Shown here: one piece after another, positions 9,802-21,511 of the stretch
Layout: each line of letters starts with the position of its first letter
Position numbering within the stretch: the stretch's first letter is position 1
Origin: Reclinomonas americana ATCC 50394
Taxonomy: Eukaryota
DNA: 28,618 nt
Direction: 5' to 3'
Assembly (NCBI GenBank): GCA_048213135.1
Contig: PS015022.1
Coordinates: 62,001 to 90,618 of the forward strand
Translations under genes and position numbers: made by a program
Notes under the pieces: generated by a model
Told to the model about the DNA's origin: nothing
What the model saw: the letters and a program-made list of their open reading frames with translations, nothing else
Databases searched by the model: none

Positions 9802-11804
9802 ATGTTGTCGACTGTTGCGTGCTCACCAGTGACGCGTGTGTACATGTGCATGCATTCATGCGCGTGTTATGTGTGCGGAAGAATTGAGCGCGAGCGAGTG
9901 AGTGCTGACATGTCGCGCTTGTGTTTCTCTCAGGTGTTGCGGCGCATGGTCGGCGCCCCCTCCATGACTGGTGCGCCTTGCTTGCTCTCGCACTCTGTGT
10001 GCATGTCTGTCTGCTCACTTCTGTGTGTGTGCGCGCAGGTTTCATCAGGTTTTTTGCTTCTCTCTTGTGTGCGCACTGTAACCCATGCATGACACTGTCT
10101 CTCTCTGCGTGCGTGATAGTCGCCCGGCTCCGTTTGTGATGGCACAGCGTGTCGCGTTGACTCGCGTCTTCTCCACGGGAAAGGGTGCGTCTCCCAAGCC
10201 ACACTCTGGTCTCTTTCAGCGCTCATGTCGATGATGTATGCAGAGCTCAACATTGTCGTGCCTTCCATGGGAGACTCGATCTCCGAGGGCACTATTGTCG
10301 AGTGGCTGCGCAGTTGCGTGAGTCATGTACGCACAGAGACAGGCACAGGAGGACACAACACACACACACACACACACACATACTCGTACACGCACGCACC
10401 CTTGCAAACACACACACACGCCACACCTATGCACATGGAGCGGTCGTTCTGAGTGAGCATGCAGAGCCCGGCGATTCCATTGCCGAGGACGAGGTGCTGG
10501 TGCAGCTCGAGACTGACAAGGTGGCGCGAGCTCGTCCTCTTTCTCCATCGTTCGTGCCGTCTCTCACTGCGTGTGCGTGTGAGTGAAGATCACGGTGGAC
10601 GTGCGTGCGCCTCAGGGTGGCACCGTTGTCAAGACGCTGGCGGCCAAGAATGATACCGTGTCGGTCGGACAGGTGATTGCGGTGTTGCAGACGGGTGCGG
10701 CTGGTGCTGGTGCGTCGATTCGTGTGTGTACAGTGTGTGGTTGAGAGAGAGAGAGAGAGAGAGAGATTGACACCGTACACAGCCAAGCCTGCTCCTGCTG
10801 CTGCTGCCGCCGCCCCGGCTGCCAAGCCTGCTGCTCCCGCTGCTGCTGCGGCGGCTCCGGCGGCTGCCCCTGCGAAGCCTGCTGCCCCGAAGCCGGCTCC
10901 GGCGCCGACTGCTGCTGCGCCGGCTGCCAAGTCGACTGACGAGCTGCAGGAGCGTCGTGTGCCCATGTCCAAGATGCGCAAGCGCATTGCCGAGCGCCTG
11001 AAGGAGGCTCAGAACACTTATGCAATGCTGACGACGTTTAACGAGGTGCGTGTGTCTCTCTCAACACACACACTCTCTCTCGTTTCCGTTTTCCCCACTC
11101 ACTCTCCGCACGAAAAAAAGGTGGACATGAGTGCGGTGATGCAGCTGCGCAACGAATTCAAGGACGTGTTTGAGAAGCGCCACGGTGTGAAGCTCGGCTT
11201 CATGTCGGCCTTTGTGTACGCCGCGTGCATTGCGCTGCAGCGAGTGCCGGCGGTGAATGCGGTGATTGACGGCGACGATGTGGTGTACCGCGACTACTGC
11301 GACGTCAGCGTGGCAGTGGCGACTCCAAAGGGCCTCGTGGTCCCCGTGATCCGCAACGCCGAGAAGCTGTCGTTTGCCGGCATCGAGAAGGAGATTGGCA
11401 GACTGGGCGAGCTCGCTCGCGTCGGCGGTCTGACGATTCAGGATGTTGCGTGCACGCGCGTGTGTGTGTGTGCGCCCTGCATTCCCTCCCTCCTCCTCCT
11501 CATCTCCTTCATCGACTAAATGCAGATGCAAGGCGGCACCTTCTCCATCTCCAACGGTGGCGTGTTCGGCTCTCTGATGGGCACACCCATCATCAACCCG
11601 CCACAGTCGGCGATTCTCGGCATGCACGCCATCAAGGACCGCGCAGTGGTGGACGAGAAGACCAAGCAGGTGGTGGCCCGACCCATGATGTACATTGCGC
11701 TCACCTACGACCACCGATTGGTCGACGGCCGCGAAGCCGTCACCTTCCTCAAGACCATCAAGGAGATCGTGGAGGACCCGCGCCGCATCGTGCTCGACAT
11801 CTAA
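9802..11804 (+). CDS. DLST: Dihydrolipoamide succinyltransferase (E2 of 2-oxoglutarate dehydrogenase), mitochondrial precursor; ~10 exons
   Basis: Arg-rich presequence (MLST|VLRRMVG...RVFST), lipoyl domain [42 protein letters not shown] and an Ala/Pro/Lys linker. The catalytic domain reads [23 protein letters not shown]...[32 protein letters not shown]...[21 protein letters not shown] at 11802-11804. Confidence 0.96.
10313..10464 (+). other. DLST intron with +1-shifted donor (A|GTTGCGT...CAG|AG), containing (CA)n
   Basis: A phase-1 junction restores EWLRKPGD of the lipoyl domain; the nearby GTGAGT at 10318 gives the wrong frame. Confidence 0.85.
11445..11525 (+). other. DLST intron with +1-shifted donor (GAT|GTTGCGT...CAG|ATG)
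   Basis: Restores [15 protein letters not shown]; in-frame TAA inside the intron. Confidence 0.88.
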
Positions 11805-11919
11805 ACCAGGCATTCTTCGGAACGTCGCTTCACGTCGCGATGTCGAGAAATGAAAAGGTCCTGCTCGCGGCAGTCCGTTTTCATGTCGGAAATCCACTTC
11901 TCTCACTCTCTGTCGCGCG

Positions 11920-14900
11920 ATGTCGTTTGCGCGGATCGAAGAGCAGTTTCGGAAGGTAGATGCCGACGAGCAGCGAGTGCGCGAGTACTTTTCTCCAGTA
12001 ACCTCCAATCAGAAAGTCGTCAATCGCTCCCGACATCGGTTTGCTTCACTGTCACATGCTGTTTTTTCCCTCTGGTTTATGCTCATCTCTGACCTGTTGA
12101 CAGCTACATCAAGTTCCTCAATGATGAAGAGAGGTGAGCAGTCGTCTGTGTGCGTGTGTGTGAGCGTTTGTGTCACTGACAATCAGCAACAGTCGCGCAG
12201 CTCGAGCGATCGAGTCGTCAGCGCAGAGTGATGAGGAGGCAGTCAAGCTGCAACGTGTGCGAGCGTTGCGTCTCTCTCTCACACTCTCTCTCGCTCACAG
12301 ACTGTGTGTGCGTGTGCGCATTCGTCTCACACGGTATTGCGCACGACATTACAGGCTGAAGATTGCCGGCGCCAAGGCACGCCCAGCACTCACAGTGCGT
12401 AAGGCCACATTGGGTATACACAGATGCGCACTCCCCTGACTCTTTGTCTCCATCCGACACAGGTACTGGCAGCGAGACTGAAGCAATTCACTGAGAATAT
12501 CGAGGAGCATGTGGAGACTGAGTCTCGTGACACGCTGCTGGAACGCCTCGGTCGCCTCGAGTCGATCATCAAGCTGACGAGTTTGAACAAGGCTGCTGTG
12601 TTGCGTGATGCATGTGGTCCGTCGGGCGCTTGCTCGGTTGTGTGCCGCTGACATTCTTCGTGGCACGCTGGGCAGCGATTCGGTGGCGAGTGCTGTTGGA
12701 GCGGGCAAGCCGGCCGCGGCACCGGCGATGCATGGAGGTCCGCCACAGCCGCCTGCGGGGATGGCCGGTCAGGGGGATGGTGCAGGCTCTGAGGAGACGT
12801 ATCCGCTGCCGGAGTTGTTTGATGAGCGGCGACGAGTTGCGCCGCAGTGATCAGTTAATTGTGTGATCGATTGTTCAGGTGATTGAATGGCGACCGCTTG
12901 TGCAGGTGGGTGCTGCACGACAGACAGCCGCAGTGCCGACGATGCAGTCGCGAGCGCGACCACCGGCACCGCCCAGCACGCTGTCGGCCGGCTCCACTCG
13001 CTTCGGCATGCAGTTGCCTGCGTCGCCGTCGAGGACACCGGGTTCGTCGGCGGCCACCACACCGCTCGGATCGGCTCGCGATCGTCGGGGAAGCGGCAGT
13101 GGTGGCAGTGCGCATCCTGTGGTGGAACCAGTGACCGACGAGAATCGCGAGGTGGTCGAAGACTTGCTGGTGCTGAATCCGCCTGTCGTTGTCATGTCGG
13201 TCGGCCACCAGCGCATGTCCAGCACCGGCAGCGCTCTTGGTGGCGCCGACGATCGTGCAGTGCCTACCGCAACGACTGGATCGACTCCGACGTCGTCAAC
13301 CACGCCGTCTGCAACCACCACTGCACGACAGCGCTCACGGACAACCATTGCAGCCGCACCGCCTCCAACCCAACAGTCGCTGCTTCTGGTTCGCCAAGGG
13401 AGCCTGCAGCATCGACGACGGTCATCGCTGCACGGCCTGGTGCGTGCCTTCCACCTTGTTGTTGTCCCATGCTTGACTCTTGAACTGACCGCAGTCTGTG
13501 ACAGCGGCCGATGCTGCCGTTGCAGGCCACGCTCGATGTTGGCGACATGCCGACTGACCGCTCCAATCTGAGCAGCCGGTCATCGATGATGGGCATTGAT
13601 GGCTCGCTGTTCAACCTGCAGATCAAGGTCACTCGCTACGCGTCACTCGCTTTGTTGCCGTTGCGTGATGTGTCGAAACGTGATTGGTGTATCCCGTGCT
13701 GAAACCAGACTCTGTGCTGCAGTCAACTGCCCGACAAGTTCGCCTTCATCTCCAACACGGGCGACACGATGCGTGCCCTGTCACTCAGTTTCTCCGGCGA
13801 TATCTCTGCCAGCGGTGGTGCTGCTGCAAGTGGCAGTGGCGGTGGTGGTGGCGGCCAGGGATCGCGTCCACCATCGCGCTCAACCTCGCCACAGCAGCAG
13901 AAGCGCGCACAGAGTGCCGGCCCCGGAGCGCAGCGCCCCGGAACCTCGTCACTCAATCGACCATTGAACAAGTATCACAAGGACTATTACAAGCTGCTGG
14001 TGCGCGACTGTGCACGATGCAATCGCGAGTGGAAGATGATTGACTGACGAGCTGACACTGTCTGGTGTGTGCAATAGCTGCAACTTGAGTCGACCGCGCC
14101 CAACATGGAGAGATGGCTGGCAGATGTAACCATTCGGGACCTCGATGACACAAGAGAGTCTGGGCGTGCCTCGTTCTCTCGACTGAAGGTGCGTGCACGC
14201 GTGCGTGAGGGATGAATATGCAGAAGCAGTGTGTCACTCTGGCTCCCTGCCCGCCACAGATCAACAAGAACAATTGTGTGGTGTTCAAGGAGGCGCACGG
14301 CCCATTCTTGAATCCAGTTGGTTCGTGTGTTGGACGAGTTAGTTTTTTTGCGATTCCACGAGATGTGTTAATGGGGGCGTGTGTTGTGCAGATTTGCTGC
14401 GGTCCGTCAACACGCCGGAGCAACTATTCGGGCACACTCTCAGCATCGAAGTGACGGTCACGTTCCCCAAGCGACTGAACACGATTGAGACGCGCGTGAC
14501 TCTCTCTGGTGTGTTGAGCATGTGCCTTGCTCATGCCACTTTATCACGTTCTGATTTTCATGGAGGCGCAGATGTGGCCGGTGAAGATGTCAGCGAGGCG
14601 CGGTCACCGTCGTTTGCCATGGCCGGTGCGGGCCATCGCATACACAACGACAGTGGCAGTGAGGACGACGAGGCTCTGTTGGCGTTTCCGGCGCACAGTC
14701 GATGGGCGAACGCTATTGTGTCACTGAGGGTGAGTTGGGCGGTGCGAGGAAGAGAATAAGAGTGTTATCATACGCAAGACCCTCACACTTATGCAGGAGT
14801 CGCAGCAGCCGAGAGAGGGAGCAGCGCCGTTGAGCAAGGTAACATGCCCACACGGACATCAAATACAGTACACCATGAATGCTCACCCTTCTGTGCAGGA

Positions 14901-15919
14901 TGTGTCTTTTGTGATTGACGACGCTCTCCGACATCAAGTGTCGTCGATGCTGCACGTCACTGGTGAAATGTCGGCGTGGACTGACGGAACCGACAGGTGT
15001 GGTCCTAGTGCGTGCTGAGGGAGGTTCAGAGTGTTGCCGCTGAACAAAGTGGTTGTATACCAGATCACCATCTCCACCGGGAAAGATGACGGCATCGACG
15101 AGGATGGGGCGGCGGAGTAGAAGTAGCAGTGGCCATGCGCGAGGTGAGCCATGTTTTGGATAACGCATTCTTTCAAGATGATACTCACTCTTCTCCACGT
15201 CCCCGCACAGCTCGATCAGCGGCGGAGCGACGAAGACAGCAGACCGAGTACGAGTGGAACACAGAGCAGGACAAGCAGCTGCGGCGCAAATAGTTGTGTG
15301 CTGATGTGGTGCTGAGATTTTCATTGGCGCACACCAGTTGGTCTTACCGCGCTCCGCGCAGTACCGACGTGTTGCCGGTGTTTGCTCGACCACTGATTCT
15401 TGGACGACCGTCAAGTGCTCTGCTGGCACCACCGGACGCGCGCATGTTTCGTAGCCGCTGTCGCATCCGTCCTCGTTGTTGCCACTTGCTCACCCCTCTC
15501 CCCCCCGCACACAGCCTGGGACGAGTTGCCGATCGACCGCAGAGTGCTGCGCATGTGCCGTCTCGCTCGCGGTCACCGTCCCTCAATGCGCGTTCACGAT
15601 CGGTCTCTGCCCTCGGTCATCGACCTCCACTAGGTACCGCCCGACGCAGACAACCACCACCCTCTCTGTGCACGCCACTCACGTGTATTCTTTGCGTGCA
15701 GGCATGACAGGTCTCGCAAGCAGCGGAGACATGAGACCACCATCGCGACCGGCGAGTCCGGCCGATGCATGGGAGGCAACAGTAATGTCGCCATCGCCAG
15801 CAGCGACACCCGCAGCTGCAGCCGGTGGTGGTGGCGGGCGATCGATCTCGCCCGACGTGGTGCGACCGGCCTCGTCCAGCATGCGACCACATCGCGACGC
15901 ATCCGTGCGGTGGGAGTAG
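11920..15919 (+). CDS. Large multi-exon hypothetical protein (~20 exons) with helical N-terminus and Ser/Pro/Arg-rich low-complexity segments
   Basis: Open segments can be joined in consistent phase through ~19 GT-AG introns from ATG 11920 to TAG 15917-15919. I recognise no family motif, so several junctions are uncertain. Confidence 0.6.
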
Positions 15920-16083
15920 TGAGCAAGTACAAAGAGAGGGAGAGAGGATCACACGTTTGTGTGGGTGCGCGTGCAGAACCCCGCGCCTCAGCTGTAGAAG
16001 ACATGTAGCATTCGTTGTTGTATTGTTTGTTCGTCGTCGCCCCAACTGTGCTTACACGAGACCACAACCAGGCGAAGCGCGCA

Positions 16084-16913
16084 TTACTGGCTCACAACTG
16101 CAGATGCAACAAGGATGAGAGCAGTTCGTTGACAACGGCGACAACAGCGACAGCCAACGCAACTCGACAGGTAGATGCCCCACACGAAGGCCACCATGTT
16201 CGAGAACAAGACGCGGAAACGCACCGGCACAAAGCTGCACACACAAGTGAACAACCAAGACTTGAAACTGCATGCAGTGCACGAGCGCACGAACCGGAAG
16301 TTGATGAGCTGCGCCACAGGCCACAGCTTCCACCCGGCAAAGATGGTGGGGATCACTGTGGTGGCCAGCGTGCGCGGGATATCACCCGGTCGCCCATCCG
16401 CCGCCGCCATGAAGCTGAAGAACGCCGAGGTCATAAACAGCGCAAACAAGGTCTGATCGACCGCCAGCTTGATCATCATCTGACGAAAGAAGAGGCAGCA
16501 CGAGTGAGCACAGACATGCAACTAACACTCTCTCTCTCTCTCTCTTACCTTTCCACTGCCTACATAACGCTCGAGTAGCTTGTGCCAGTGATGCACCAGC
16601 ACACCAGCAATGGCTCCCCACGTGCCAAACCTCAGAGTCTTGCCAAAGGCAAACGACCACACACGACCAGCACGCAGTGCAGCACCGCGCTCAAAGCCCA
16701 CTTGCGCAATCACATTGGAGAGCACAGACAGAGTCGCGGATGTGAGAGACTGCACACACGCGAGTGAGTGTGTGTGTGTGAATGAGAGCCAGTGTGTGTG
16801 TGTGTGTCAACTGATACCTTTGTGAGGATGGGCTTGTGCTCCAGAGACTTTTCGTAAAAGCCGAGGATGCGTCGCCACAGTGGCACCGATCGTTCTTCCT
16901 TGCTCAACGCCAT
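16084..16913 (-). CDS. Mpv17/PMP22 family membrane protein; ~5 exons
   Basis: YEKSLEHKPILTK|SLTSATLSVLSNVIAQ, HHWHKLLER, KLAVDQTLFA, GWKLWPVAQLINFR|FVPVRFRVLFSNMVAFVWGIYLS are the family signatures. Confidence 0.93.
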
Positions 16914-17037
16914 TACACAGAAGGGGGAGGAGGAGTTCACTGTCGCAATCGCTCGATGTCCGCTCGATCGGAGAATTTTGGTGACGGACAGGACCACAAG
17001 TGGCAACGTAGAGGAGAGAGAGAGAGGCACGTAGAGA

Positions 17038-19305
17038 TCAGACGCGATCAGCTGCAGCGCCACCACTGGTGAAGTCGGCGGAGGCTGTCGGTGCGTGGCT
17101 GCGCGTGGCCACAGGAGCAGCACTGGCGGCGGTCATTGGGGAGGTGCGAGTGGCGACGGCGACGCCACTGGGTGAGGCTCGTGAGCGTGGAGAGGCGGCT
17201 GCGTTGAGCTGGTTCGTGAGACGTTCGGCTTCGCGCTTGCAGCGATCGCCGAGCTGCGCCTTGAAGCGCTGCTGCTCGCTCTGCCAGAAGCGGTCGTCGC
17301 GGAAAACGTGCGGCTCGCACAGGTAGCGGCGGCGCACGTCGACGAGGCACGGTACGACCATCAGCTTGGCCAGCAGGCGGCTCAGTGACCTGCGATTGTG
17401 AACGTGAGGACAATTCTTGTCGACAATACTGGTGGGTCCGGAGACGGTACGCAACGCCCACAGGTTTCGCCACTCGACGAGCTCGCTGACCTTGTCGTCG
17501 TCCATGTCCAACGACGGCGGCAGCACGGAGCCGTCAAAGAGGCGACCGTCCTCCCACTCAATCTCAGTCCGGGTCTCCGACGCCTGCCACGGATCAAAGA
17601 GCGCCACGAAGAGGTCGCCCTTGATGCCAGCCGCTCCGCGTTGCATGAACCAGTGCGGCGAGGAGACAAACGAGCGCAACACCTGCACGAGCACCTTCTT
17701 GCGTGCCGGAGTGAGTCGGTCGTCCTGATAGTCGTCGGCGTTGCCGCCGGCTTCCTGCGCTCGAGAGGAGAAGCGTGAGAAGGAAATAGGAGGCGAGGGA
17801 ACGAGAAGAGGTGTTCTGACAGCACCAGCATCTGCTCGATGCGGCCGACGAGGGCGTCGCAGGTGCCGGTGATCATGTTGTGCGCGTCGGCCACTGATGG
17901 CGAGTGTGTGAGACTGCAACTTTCCCCAAAAAGAATAAGAGAGTGAAGCAGTGCCACGAAACAAATGCCGTCGATGAGCCGCTTTGCGTTCTTGCGCTCC
18001 GCCGACAGCATCGGGTCCTGCTCGAGATCGCGGTTGGAGCTGGACATTGACCCGCGGCGCAGCTGCGTGCCCTCCAGCGTGGTGAGGTCGTGCAACAGCT
18101 GCGGCACCGTCTGCTTGGCGGGGATGAAGCGCTCGACCACCGCCGCGAAGCCGGCCTTCAGACGCGTCAGCTGGTCCACTTGCGGCGTCCGGGAGAACGT
18201 GCCGTACTCGACCAGCGCACCAGCGTAGCGGCGGATAATGACCTCGCGGTAAAAGTACTGCAGGCAGGGAGGAAAGTAATATCAAACAAACACAAGGGTA
18301 ATGCAGTGCAACAGCAACCGACCTCCATGAACAGAGTGAACTCACTGTGCGAGCAGGAGGCAAACATGAGAGGCTACACGTGGAGGATTAGGGCGTTGCA
18401 ACAGAGACGCACTCGCGCTCCATCTTCTTGTTGCTGTCCAGATCAAACTGCGTCATGATGCTGTTCACATGGACGGCGTCAATGTGGTCCACCAGCGCCT
18501 TGGTGCTGGCCTCGGTGATCGGCAACGGCGCCGCATCGCGCATGTGATCTACGTACGAACTTAAACGAGCAGCTCAGCAGCTCAGCAGCAGCACACACAA
18601 CGCGCACCCGTAAGCCGCTCCCGGAAGTGCTGGATGAACTCGTCCGGCTCAATCGTTCCCTGCGCATGATCGCTGTTAGTGGCCGAGGGTGGAAAAGGCT
18701 GAAGGCAGAAAAAGCGAACACGCGCCGACTTGTCTGTATCAATCTGTGCAAAGAAGTCGTCGAGATCCTGCTGCCAGCCGGGCGTACGGAAGCGCAGCTC
18801 CACAATCGAGACTAGTGTAGCCCACGCAACATAAAAACACAAGCACATGGGATCCGAGGAAAGACCGAAACGCAACTGCACCACTCGACATACGCGCTCG
18901 CCGCATGCTGCAACTGCACATCCAGCAGGTGCCGCTGGAAGAACGGCAGAGGCACGAACGTCGGAACTGTTGTACACCACGTGAGCAAACAGACACGTGC
19001 GTTGCTGTGAGAGAGACGCAACTGTGTCCATCTCTCTTGACCTCCAACAGCTTATAATCCGGCCACGACTCCACGGGCAGTCGCTGCACACGACGCGGAG
19101 CAGCTGCACTCATGGCCACACCCACAGGCGACAGCACTCCACTGCCTCCACCTCCACTGCCACTCTCCTGAGAGTGCGAGGTGCGCCGATGACGAGTGGC
19201 CGAGAGAGGCGCCTCATAGTCGACATACGCCGCGTCCAGTGCCGTCAGAGGCGCAACACCCGCGCTGAATGGCGACTGCCACTCAGACGTGCAACAGTTG
19301 CCCAT
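17038..19305 (-). CDS. EF-hand calcium-binding protein with N-terminal MGNCC dual-acylation motif; ~9 exons
   Basis: Starts MGNCCTSE. Splicing reconstitutes a canonical EF loop FAQIDTDKS|GTIEPDEF and a second, degenerate loop FDLDSNKKMERD|EF. The C-terminal half is unrecognised. TGA at 17040-17038. Confidence 0.75.
18660..18725 (-). other. GC-AG intron (TCG|GCGCGT...CAG|GGA)
   Basis: Only this donor yields the 12-residue EF loop DTDKSGTIEPDE. Confidence 0.75.
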
Positions 19306-19399
19306 CTCTGAGACAGACTGACACAAGCGACGACGGATTTCGCGAGCAACTAAGTGTGCTTTTAGTTGTTGGTTAGGCGCGCGCCTTTTTGCCCGCCAG

Positions 19400-20546
19400 A
19401 TGGGCGGTTGCTGTAGTCACGACAGCAAGCCGCCTGCGCACGGAGAGGCGCCTATAGGTGCGCAAGGTGTGCAGGAGGGGCCCACGCGGTTGACACCGAG
19501 CTCCGGGACGCCGAGTGGAGCTGGTCTTGTGCAGCCGGTGCCTACGCGGCCCTCGCCGACAATGAAGAAGCACGAGTGGCAGGAGGATGATGGCGATGCA
19601 GAGGTTAAGAGTCACTCTCAGTCGCTTGTTGCGCAGAGTGATTACGCGTGTGATCCCGCGCAAGTGGTGCGTTGTTCATTTGCCTGTCGCTCACGCCTCA
19701 CTCGCTAACAACAACCGTGGTGTTAGACGCTGGTGCAGTCGGAGAACAGTTGCGCGCGCTGCTCTCTGTCTTCTCACACCTGTCTTGCTCACCACTGTTG
19801 TATGTAGTCTATGTGCGGTACTTGGCGCGTAAGGTGCCGACGGGTCTGCTGGCCAGCGAGGCCGAGCAGCAGGCGTTGGTGGATGTCACAGATTTCCTTC
19901 GTTGCGCCATTCTCTTGTTGTTGCATTTTCGTTGTGGGTTTGTCATGGTGTTGGTGTGTGCAGGTCGTTTGGTGCAGAAGCATCTGAAGAACGGCAAGGA
20001 GGCGGGGCGTATCATCTTCCGCGAGTCGCAAAAGGCGCTGGATGACTCGAGTGCGTCTTGTGTGCCTTGTGTGCTGCTGCTGTTGTCTTCGCACATAATG
20101 TATGCGTGTGCAGCGGATCCGCTGGTTGACTTGCTGCGCTCGCTGGGCGAGTCGGAGCGTTTGGCTGCGCGTCCGGAGAACAAGCGTGCGTCTGTGCGCA
20201 GAGTGAGCGTCTTGGCGGATGTGTTGCGCTTATTGTGTTTTCGTGCAGTGCCGCTCATCTCGTTTGGCGTGTTCTACCTGCTGTACAACGAGGCGTTTGA
20301 CAAGATCTTTGCGGCGTACGAGCAGTACGTCAGTGAGCACCCCGGCACCACCTTCAATCGCACTGTGTGCACGTACATCAAGAGCGTGCTGCAGCTGCGC
20401 ACCGAGATGAAGTTCAAGCCGAGCGTGCACACGGATCTGAGCACTGTGCTGAGCACGTACGCTCGCCAGGGCGAATTCCGAGCGCCGGCATATGTCGGCC
20501 TTTCGCTCCGCACCGTGGAGTTGCTGCGTGTTGCCGGTATGTATTG

Positions 20547-20579
<33 letters not shown>

Positions 20580-21400
20580 CATGTCGGAGGTGCTTTTGCT
20601 ACTCAACGGGTTGGTGGCGCAGACCGCATGGTGGCTGTGTGGATGGACGATCACAAGACGGAGGCCGACGCGGTGGCCCGGTCGTACACGACGACGGTTG
20701 GTTTCCGCCTCTGCCACACGCGTTCCTTTCTATGTTCGTTCATTGATGCTGATGAGTTTGCGTAGGACGAGACGAATGTGCCACACAACCTCCTCTTTGA
20801 TTTGTTCCAGCGGGCGTGGGATGCGTACAACCGCCGCGAGGTTCAGAGTGAGTACGAGACCGCGCTGTGCCAGTTGCCGCTGACGGCGGAGTCGTCTGAG
20901 GTTGGCGAGCCGGTGACCTGCTGGCTTCATGCCGACCTGGTGGCCAAGCCGAGCCCCAAGAGTCGCCACGCCCTGACCGACAAGGTGTGCCAGATGTACC
21001 ACAAGACCGACGAGCAGATTCAATTGTTGCCGATGAGGTGAGGTTGCTGGCGCGATCTTTGCCTATTGCGTTTCCTCACCGTTGTGCGTGCGTGCGTGAC
21101 AGCAAATTTCACGACTTGCTGTTCGACTTGGTGGCGATGCCGATTCGCGTTTTCATCGTCAACGTGTCTGCCTGGTTCGACGCCGAGATGAGTGAGGCGT
21201 CCTCGTCGTCGTCGGTGGACTCGGATACGTGGCACACCGTGCGCCAGCAGGTGGACAACGCCGTCGTCAGGTACATCAAGGGTGGACAGCTGGCCGAGCT
21301 GCTGGAGAGTCTCAAGCATCCTCCACGCGCCGACCCAAGTCCGCGTTACCACCATTCACGCATCTTGCACAGCAGTTCCAGCAGCACCAGCTCCCAGTAA
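19400..21400 (+). CDS. Hypothetical helical protein with N-terminal MGGCC dual-acylation motif; ~9 exons
   Basis: MGGCCSHDSK start; 8 GT-AG introns join the open segments in phase to TAA at 21398-21400; no family recognised. Confidence 0.7.
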
Positions 21401-21511
21401 TACTGCAACCAATGCAACGGGATCTCCAGTGTGTGTGCAATGATGCGAATGCAATTAAAAAAAACAGAGTGCGTTACTGTACATTTTTCCACCCCCCCTC
21501 CACTACGTGTG

